A DNA stretch of 64,000 nucleotides from Octopus vulgaris (taxonomy: Eukaryota), in assembly GCA_951406725.2 (NCBI GenBank), contig OX597819.1, positions 16,368,001 to 16,432,000 on the forward strand, read 5' to 3'. A model generated the notes under the pieces. The model did not search any database. It saw only the letters and a list, made by a program, of their open reading frames with translations, and was not told the DNA's origin. Below, piece after piece: positions 53,363-64,000 of this stretch. The first letter of the stretch is position 1. Every line of letters starts with the position of its first letter. Both the position numbers and the translations under genes were made by a program.

Positions 53363-53834
53363 ATCGTTATATTATATTATATTATTATAAGATTGTAAAT
53401 AAAACGTGAAAATCAAAGTTGGAATTTCTTTGAATAATATATTCTTCTATACACAATCATACACATACGTGTATATAAATATAAATATATATATTATGTA
53501 TGTATGTATGTATGTATGTATGTATGTATGTATGTATGTATGTATGCATCTATGTATAATTGATAAGATCAAAAGCGATTAAAAAGCCAGGCAGATATCA
53601 ATAAAACACTCAGTTTTAAAAGAATTTGGTTAACTATGTCCAACAATCAGTCACCAATAAATGCAAACAGAATACTCATCCGAAGAAATTCCTTGTCTAT
53701 GAAAAGAAAATCCAAATATCATTAGAATTTCGAGAAATTCAGATTTTTGGACAACTAAAGACGTATAGATGAAACCACATCTTTAATTATAGAATTCACT
53801 TTACAAAACCGACAATTCTGAGGCTTTAGCAGAA

Positions 53835-53871
<37 letters not shown>

Positions 53872-54302
53872 GCACACACATGCATCTACGAATAAATGGT
53901 TGGTGGTGGTATACAGAGCAGTATATCAATAATAATAAAAAAGAGTAGTTACAAGAAATGAAGGTATGGTGTCGTTTCTGAGTTTCTTTAAACACATCTA
54001 TAAATAAAGTCTTCGAATTTTTCTAATGAGATGAAATAAAATACTGCTTAAACACTTTTGTCTAGTTTTTCTCGGAAAATTCGAAGACTTTTTTTAATCT
54101 TTTTTAATTGTGTATAAAAACACTAATAAGCGATACCTTCAAAACATATGACTAATTTTTTTTTCTATTATCTCTCTCTACACACACACTCGTGCGCGCA
54201 CACAAACGCATTCATAGATAAACACACATACATATGTGTGTACATATATGTACGTATGCATGTGTGTATGTAAAACTATGTATATGCCTACACACACACA
54301 CG

Positions 54303-54354
<52 letters not shown>

Positions 54355-54541
54355 ACTGTATTGATGTTTGTTTTTGCTTTTATGTATATTTATACATAAA
54401 AGCAAACATTAATTGTAGGATCACACAAAACATTTCTCATTATTACAGTATCATATTTATTTTTACAAGGAACTGGCTGACTGTGACTTCGAAATCTCTG
54501 TTAACTTCTTCTTGTAATATATGTATGTACGTATATCTATC

Positions 54542-54607
<66 letters not shown>

Positions 54608-54611
54608 TTGT

Positions 54612-54665
<54 letters not shown>

Positions 54666-54670
54666 GTCTG

Positions 54671-54773
<103 letters not shown>

Positions 54774-55154
54774 CTGAACAACTATATATATCTATCTGTT
54801 TGTCTGTCTGTCTGTCTGTCAGTTGTCTGTCTTGATTTCTTTATCACACTGTATATATACTGTTTGTTAAATACTCAGTTGTATATGCATATACATACGT
54901 ACATACGTAAATGTATACATGCATACATACATGCATGCATACATACATACATACATACATACATACATACATACATACATACATACATACATACATACAT
55001 ACATACATACATACATACATACATACATACATACATACATACATACATACATACATACATACATACATACATACATACATACGTATATACACACTTGCAA
55101 TACACCGTTTTGTAGATAGCGATGTGAAATTTTACGCGCGCGCATGTCTGTGCC

Positions 55155-55245
<91 letters not shown>

Positions 55246-55914
55246 GCAGGTAGGTATGTAGTGAAGTAGGTAGGTAGGTAGATAGGTAGGTACGTAGGTA
55301 CGTAGGTAGGTAGGTAAGTAGGTAGGTAGGTAGGTAAGTAGGTAGGTAGGTAGGTAGGTAGGTAGGTAGGTAGGTAGGTAGGTAGGTAGGTAGGTAGGTA
55401 GGTAGAGTGTGAAATAATAAAGGGAGATGAGAAAGACAGAAAGACAGATGTAAAATAAATCAGTGAATTAGTTGATAGAAGCATGTGTTAAACAGATCTG
55501 AACTGGAGAGAGAGAGTGGGGTGGGAGTGGGGCTGGGTGGGGCAAGACGGTCATCTGTTTATCTCGTATATGTTGGTGCGGTGGTAGTTGTAGTGGTATG
55601 TTGTGGTGGTATAGGAGGGGGTGGGGGTGGTATGGCGGTGTAGGGGTGTCGTGGTGATTTCGTGTTTGTTATGGCACGGTGTGGTGTTGTATGGAGTGGT
55701 CGTATGGAGTGGTGTAGTGCAGGGTGGTGGTGGTGGTGGTGGTGGTGGTGATGGTGGAGGAGGGGGGCGTAAGGCAGTGTGGAGCGGTTCTGTGTCGTAG
55801 TTTGTTGTAGTGGCGTTTGTGAAGTGTGATGGCTGGTGGGTGGATGGGTGTGTGTGCGGGGAGAGGGTGACTGTGGTATGGACTGCAGTGTGTGTGTGTA
55901 GGGGGGGGAGTATC

Positions 55915-56140
55915 TTTTATTTACTCTTTTACTCTTTTACTTGTTTCAGTCATTTGACTGTGGCCATGCTGGAACACCGCCTTTTGTTGAGCAAATCGAC
56001 CCCAGGACTTATTCTTTGTAACTATCGGTTCTTTTGCCGAACCGCTAAGTTACGTGTACGTGAACACACCAGCATCGGTTGTCAAGCGATGTTGGGGGGA
56101 CAAACACAGACACAGAAATATACACACACGCACATATATA

Positions 56141-56210
<70 letters not shown>

Positions 56211-56404
56211 AAAATAGTAAAGAGTGAAAAAACGACAGAAGGCTTAAATGTTAAAAAATATATATATTTGCGTCAAAATGTCTGGAGAATATTGGAAAAA
56301 TTTTTTCCTTTCCTTAAAATGACATAATTTTATCATTTTTAAAGAAATACCGGTTTCGCAGTTAGCTCTTCAAATTTCTTGTGACTTAATGTTTATTTTT
56401 AATA

Positions 56405-56435
<31 letters not shown>

Positions 56436-56602
56436 CGACGAGCTTCTTTCAGTTTCTGTCTACCAAATTTACTCACAAGGCTTTGGTCGTCCCGAGTAGA
56501 AGACACTTGCCCAAGGTGCCACGCAGTGGGACTAAACTGGGACTAAACCCGGAACCATGTGGTTGGTAAGCAAGCTACTTACCACACAGCCACTCCTACG
56601 CC
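55915..56602 (-). mobile_element. CORE-type SINE with a foreign insert in its internal (TA)n
   Basis: Head at 56602 and tail at 55915; insert of about 56207-56402. Confidence 0.8.
56342..56380 (-). ncRNA. Degenerate minimal hammerhead-like motif
   Basis: Minus strand: AAGAAA-T-TTGAAGA-GC-TAACT-GC-GAAA-CCGG-TA-TTTCTT. Confidence 0.45.
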
Positions 56603-57199
56603 TAGAGATAGAGAGATATGAAGAGTGTAGAGTAGAGTGGTATGTCTGCTATGGAGCTGTATATATTGTAAGCTTTATATCCGTTGTGTAGTGGCGTGTG
56701 TGTGTGTGTGTGTGTGCGCGTGTCTGTGATATGTAGTGAAATGTGATATCGTCTCGTCTTAGGGTATCATTGGGTTTTGCGTCCCCTGTGTGCCCCATCA
56801 GTCTAGTGACCCAATAGTTTCAAAGAGGGACACAGAATTTGGTGCTTGAGATATGACCTGTTTTTAGGTAAATTTCGATCGCTGATTTTAAATATGCCGT
56901 CCGTTTTTTTTTTTTGTCTATCATCTCGGGGTATCGAGATATGTTATACTCGTAATTGCTATGAATGCAACTGATCGGGTACAAGAACTGAGGACAGCAA
57001 ATCATTATTGTTGCCTATTGGGTGAACCCAAAAAAAAAAAAAAAAAAAAGTCTCATAGAAGAACTTATTTATGATTAAATTACATCCATAGAATCAGATA
57101 ACAGTGAAATAAGCATAGAGAGTTATCATTGATACAATGTACATTTATTCAGATCTCTCACGAAAGTGACATTGCAGAGAGTTCCTGTGGTGAGTTGCT

Positions 57200-58960
57200 C
57201 CATAACAACCATAGTGAATGACGCATCTGTTATCTGCATTCATATAGGTGCCCCGGTGTCACTGGTATCTTTGTACCATATTTCTTAAATCTTAGAGGAA
57301 TCATCACCTCGTTCATCACATAGGAGACGAAGGTTATCTGGGAAACGATCCAAGTGGCTATGAAGGCAATGCAGTTTGATGCTTGCATCACACCCTTGTT
57401 GACAGAAAGAAAACAGCATGCTCTCTACTTGTTCAGAGCAGTTCTGTTTTATGGCGCCCGTGATTATTTATTTCTTACAACCTGAGTGAAAACCATGCAT
57501 CTGCCTCAGCATTGTTCATTGAATGTTGGGGCGGCGAGCTGGCAGAAACGTTAGCAGGCCGGGCGAAATGCGTAGCCGTATTTCGTCTGCCGTTACGTTT
57601 CTGAGTTCAAATTCCGCCGAGGTCGACTTTGCCTTTCATCCTTTCGAGGTCGATAAATTAAGTACCAGTTACGCACTGGGGGTCGATGTAATCGACTTAA
57701 TCCGTGTGTCTGTCCTTGTTTGTCCCCTCTGTGTTTATCTCCTTGTGGGTAGTAAAGAAATAGGTATTTCGTCTGCCGTTACGTTCTGAGTTCAAATTCC
57801 ACCGAGGTCGACTTTGTCTTTCATCCTTTCGGGATTGATAAATTAAATACCAGTTACGCACTGGGGTCGATGTAATTGACTTAATCCATTTGTCTTTCCT
57901 TGTTTGTCCCCTCTATGTTTAGCCCCTTGTGGGTAATAAAGAAATAAGAAACGTTAGCACGCCGGGCGAAATACTTAGCAGTATTTCGTCTGTCTTTATG
58001 TTCTGAGTTCAAATTCCGCAGATGTCGACTTTGCCTTTCATCCTTTCGGGTTCGATTAAATAAGTTCCAGTTACACACTGGGGTCGATGTAATGGACTTA
58101 ATCCTTTTGTTTGTCCTTGTTTGTTCCCTTTATGTTTAGCCCCTTATGGGCAATAGAGAAATAATTGTTCATTGAATGTTGGAAATGTGGGTCTTCCATG
58201 AGTTTCTTGATTTGTGACTCAGCTAAAATACCGGCCTTCAGTTTCTTTGGACATTTCCTGCGTATATAGTCCAATCAGTTGCCTTTTTAGTTCAAACTCT
58301 TCAAAAACTGCTTCATTAAATCAAGTTTCCTCTGGTAAAAGAACCCCATCTCTGTCAACCAAGTGTTCTGTGATTACATACTTTTCTCCAACGACCATGT
58401 TTTCTCTCGAAGGTCATTGTTTTCTCACCTTGTGATTACACCTATATCTACTATTTCAGAGACAGATGAAGCAAGGATACTCTGCTAATCCAGGGTTAAA
58501 AAAATCACTGTCTTATGATCCAAACAGCTTAACCATTGGTGATCGTGATAGGGCGGTTGTTTCCAACAGTTCAGTCATCTTAGTTGAGTTGCCAAATGCA
58601 ATTGATCCATATTTGTCTCTATCGTGAAGAAGCACACATTTTAAAGTTCCTCTTGAAAGAATCTATGAAGAACCACCATTCTCTCCGTCTATATTTTGAT
58701 AGACCCACTTTCACCAGCAACTTGTGATCATCGTTGCAAAAAGAAAAACGAAATAATTTTCCTTCGAGATGAACAGTGAATTCATTTCCCTATTGCGATA
58801 GTTCCATATTTTGGTTAAGTGCATTATCTCGAAGACTAGAGCTGCTTGACACAAATGAAGGTCACATTCAGTCGCGTGAATATAACAAGAGTCGGGTCTA
58901 AAATCCGAGGCACCAAATAACTTTTTTAAATGAGTTCCCCACCGTGATCTAAGTATCATG
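57200..58960 (-). mobile_element. Degenerate Chapaev3-like (CMC) DNA transposase, split by a SINE trimer
   Basis: EWWFFIDS..NKYGSIAFGNSTKMTE and LHSHLDRFPDNL..CDERG..QRYQ resemble the Chapaev3 WRLFIDSS and HSHLDFFP.NLG..SDEHGERFHQ motifs. Confidence 0.65.
57530..58163 (+). mobile_element. Trimeric Meta-domain-like SINE with a 19-bp TSD
   Basis: Three tandem units; ATTGTTCATTGAATGTTGG at 57511-57529 and 58164-58182. Confidence 0.9.
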
Positions 58961-59440
58961 TGAGGCACATGGAACTTGAGTTGGTAGGAGCCACAGTACA
59001 TTGCTTGGACCGGGGGCTACAGTACTGCTATGACCTCCTGGTGGTGGTGGTGGTAGTGGCCGTGGGGGGTGATGGTGGCTGTGGTCGTAATGGTGGTGGT
59101 GGTGGTGGCGAGGTTGTGTTGGTGTATGTTGTGTGTGTTTGTGAAAGTGTGTGTGTGAGTTTGGCATAAAGTATTGTATGTGTGTGTGTGTGTGCGTGTG
59201 TCTGCTCTGTTGGTGGTAGCATTTTGTGTGCTCTGGCTCTGCTGACTGCAGCTGCTGGAACTACAACAGCAACATCAACAATGACAACAACAATAACGAT
59301 TACAATAACAGAAGAAGAAAAAAATCAACAGTGACAACAAGAATAACAACAATACTAATAATAGCAACGGAAAGACGAACGAGAAACAACATTAACAACT
59401 AAGATAACAGACACGGCAACAGCAACAACTGCGCGTACAG

Positions 59441-59528
<88 letters not shown>

Positions 59529-59597
59529 TATATGTATATATATATATGTATATATATATATATGTATATATGTATATATGTACACACACACACACAC

Positions 59598-59632
<35 letters not shown>

Positions 59633-59747
59633 TGTATGTATGCATGTAAGTATGGCTATATGTATGTGTGTGTTTGTGTTTGTATATGCATATATTTATA
59701 TAGCTAGATAAACAGACAGACGGACAGGCAGATAGATAGATAGACAG

Positions 59748-60397
<650 letters not shown>

Positions 60398-60833
60398 TGG
60401 CTGATTGATTGATTGATAGATACATTGCTCATTCATACAATGCACACACGTTCACACGCACGGAATCTATATACATACGAAAATAGCCAATGTCCACTCG
60501 CACACACACACACATATATATATATATACATACACCAAAGTACACACGTCACACACGCACATAAACATACACACACATACATACATGCACAAAAATATAC
60601 ATTCATATGCATGCCTGCATACACAAATACACACACTTACAAACATACATACACACAGGCACGCACAAACATACATACATACATACACACACACATATAC
60701 ATGCACACATATATTCATACATGCATACATACATATCTATACACACACACACACACACACGGAAATACATATGCGAAAAAGAAACTGCGTTACTGGGAAA
60801 AACATTAATATATAACAGTTTATGCACATGTTT

Positions 60834-60892
<59 letters not shown>

Positions 60893-60936
60893 TTAATAAA
60901 GATAATTGTAACAATAAAAACATAGTAGTCGTAGGT

Positions 60937-61285
<349 letters not shown>

Positions 61286-61759
61286 CGACAATAATCTACA
61301 GTGATCTGTAGAGGTTTGGCTGCTGATTCGACTAGTTTCAAAGACAATCTAAAATATTCTTTATTGGCTCCCAATTCCAACACAGGACCACTTAAATTCT
61401 TAATTATCCTCCAATAAAACAGGTAAAGCCGACGAGCCAAGATGGCGATCACATAATCGTAAAGACTGTAACATAAATACTACAGAACTTAACACTTAAC
61501 AAAATAATTGTTGGAGCCAAGAGAGAGAAAAAAACTTATCTCAAAAGGAAACATAAAAATAATAATAACAAAGTAAGCCCCTAATTACACAACTAAAATA
61601 CCAACCTGATAAAAACTAAGGAAAACTTCAAACACAATTCACCATCCGCCACACGCAACTGGAATAAAACTCAACATCAAGCAACTAAGCAGGGAAATGA
61701 TAGCAACAATAACAATAACAACAACCACAACAACAACAATAATAATAATAATAACCCGT

Positions 61760-62330
61760 GGATAAACAGAAATCTGGCAAGCATTTGTATCTAACATAAC
61801 CAAAAATACTCGTCTTTAAGAAACAACACAAAGTCCCTGGCTAGTTATGTAGTACACAAAACAACACTTCCAGAATTTACGATTTGCCAGATGGAGTAGG
61901 TAAGGGATCCGTCCTCTTACCCACGCCTTTTATCTTAAATCTAAACCCCTCTTCTAACATGTAGAAAGATACATACAGCACTGTATGCGAATGAAATCAC
62001 ATTCATATCCTCCAATCATTCTGTTGACAACTGTCGTACAACTTTTCCAAATATGTATCAATCACATCGAGAACCTGGCTCCTAATAAATAGACTTGGAG
62101 TAACATCTGCCACATCCAGTTTCCTTTCTTATCAGCATCTCCAGAGGACATTAGATACATCCAACCATTGCACTGTATAACATAGATATACTTCAAGAGA
62201 AGGTGATAAACACCTCCACAACAATTACAACACACAGACGACACAGTAAAAGAAAGTAAGCCGGTGTTGAAACATTATCTAGGCAATACAAATAAACAAC
62301 AATATGTGTACAAACAATGCATTAGACTCA
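61760..62330 (+). mobile_element. Highly degenerate LINE reverse transcriptase fragment
   Basis: GVGKGSVLLPTPFIL..TALYANE resembles GVPQGSVLSP.LF..ALYADD. Confidence 0.5.
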
Positions 62331-62561
62331 TCATGAATTTTGACAGTTTTACCTAGGTTCCTAATCTAAAGAGAATATAAACCATTGTAGTGAGGGGCTG
62401 ATTCTCAGTCGCTCTGGGCGATGAGTATTCAGTTGTTCGACCAACTGAATAGAAGTTAATGTTTATCCAGTGCAGTAAAGAATTTCCAAAGTGCATTATA
62501 CCAGATAATATCCTTCTATTTTGTACTCTGTAAATACAAAAAGTATGCTTGGTATAAACAC

Positions 62562-62678
<117 letters not shown>

Positions 62679-62694
62679 CAACAACAACAACAAC

Positions 62695-62777
<83 letters not shown>

Positions 62778-62899
62778 AGAAGGGGGTCTATAGATATGAA
62801 TAACTTTAATCATAAGAATTGTGGCAAAAGAATATCTAAGTTTGGATCTAAAAATTATAAACATATTGATAAAGTTCATATTACGAAAAAGTCTATGTA

Positions 62900-63790
62900 A
62901 ATAATAGAAAGACTAAATGAAGGAATATTATCTGATACAATACACCATTCACATCTTACATCACTACTAATATTCCTCGGAATTCTTTGCCGCACAAGAT
63001 AAATATTTCACGCCTTCAAGTAAGTATGGGAAATTATTTAATCGCCATAGAGTAAAATTTTCCTATTCAGCCAACTAAGAATTTGGCTGAAATTATTGCA
63101 GCACATAACAGACGTAAAATTAGACAATATCTCAACTCAAAATTAGTAAACACGAGTAGAGCCGAAAGGGACAATTATGAGATAAACTCTTTTCCTGAAC
63201 TAGTCGAAAGTAATTCCAATATAAAATTTATAGGACCTTCAAGATAATATCTAGTAATAACATTAATTATAATATTGCTTATAATTCCGGTTTAACACCT
63301 TATTCTGATCGCAGAATTAGTACTAGTTTCTTTGACCATGAGTGCTACATACGAGTGAATAAACAGCTTCTAAAAACAAAATTATATGCCCTTTAAAAAG
63401 TCAGTGTTTAAGGAAGAATATAATATATCAATGTAAAGTAATTGCAGGGGATCGTACATATTATTCTACAACAATTTGGAAATCGACATTACATAACCAT
63501 TTGCACTTAAGTTTAGAAGAAAATATATTTCTACGAATCTTAGTAAATGCATTTGGGAGTTGAAAACAGTAACATTGACTGAAATATAAAGTGATCCACT
63601 ATTAGTCATGCTCCGTTAGTCAATACTGGTAATTTTAAATGTGGTCTTCGCCTGGTGGAAAAGTTTTATATAATTACTTCAAAATTAAAATTATTAAATT
63701 GTAGATACAATCTTACGTTGAAATGTTCCCATCTATAAAAAATGGCATTTAAATATTTCAATTGTAAATAACGCTTCAATTGTAATTTCT
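62900..63790 (+). mobile_element. Penelope-like element (Naiad-type) linker and GIY-YIG endonuclease, decayed
   Basis: TTNIPR..DKYF..KYGKLFNRHRVK..KNLAEIIAAHNRRK; CPLKSQCLRKNIIYQCKV; STNLSKCIWELK; KCGLRLVEKFYII..LLNCR. Confidence 0.75.
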
Positions 63791-64000
63791 TTTCACATAA
63801 TCTAATAAGCATAATTTTTCAAAATATTTTAGAGTATATAAATAGTTAGGTATAAATGGCGTAGAATGTCTATGTCTATTTTTTTATTCTTTCCTTATCA
63901 GCTGACGTCGTCATAAGTTTAAATACTAAACTGGCTTTTCTTAGAGTATTATATTTCTTCTGAACATTCTTTTTGTATACGCTCATGTATTATGGATATT

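Noticed and set aside
56809-57024. Small MITE bounded by ACCCAATAG/CTATTGGGT
   Set aside because: Only a 9-bp inverted match, a single copy and no clear TSD; insufficient support.

Overview
AT-rich, microsatellite-dense animal genomic DNA, most likely octopus/cephalopod (inferred from the SINE families and repeat landscape). The only host gene I can support is the 3' half of a SMOC-type gene (SPARC-related modular calcium-binding, pentagone/magu-like) on the + strand. Five coding exons (16035-28107) splice in frame into a thyroglobulin type-1 domain plus an EF-hand EC domain. The rest is decayed mobile DNA: R4/Dong-like, RTE and Tx1-like LINE pieces, three tRNA-derived SINE families, two Helitrons (one carrying a piggyBac fragment), and mariner, Tigger, Chapaev3-like and Penelope GIY-YIG fragments. 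The most striking unannotated signal is about a dozen hammerhead ribozyme (HHR) motifs in several unrelated short elements, most sitting in (TA)n tracts and arranged as tandem or fold-back repeats. These include a 349-bp retrozyme-like unit, a 481-bp tandem-plus-inverted unit, and a tRNA-headed SINE fused to a hammerhead. All structures were read by eye; no folding or database search was run. Nearly all ORFs in the supplied track are microsatellite artefacts.
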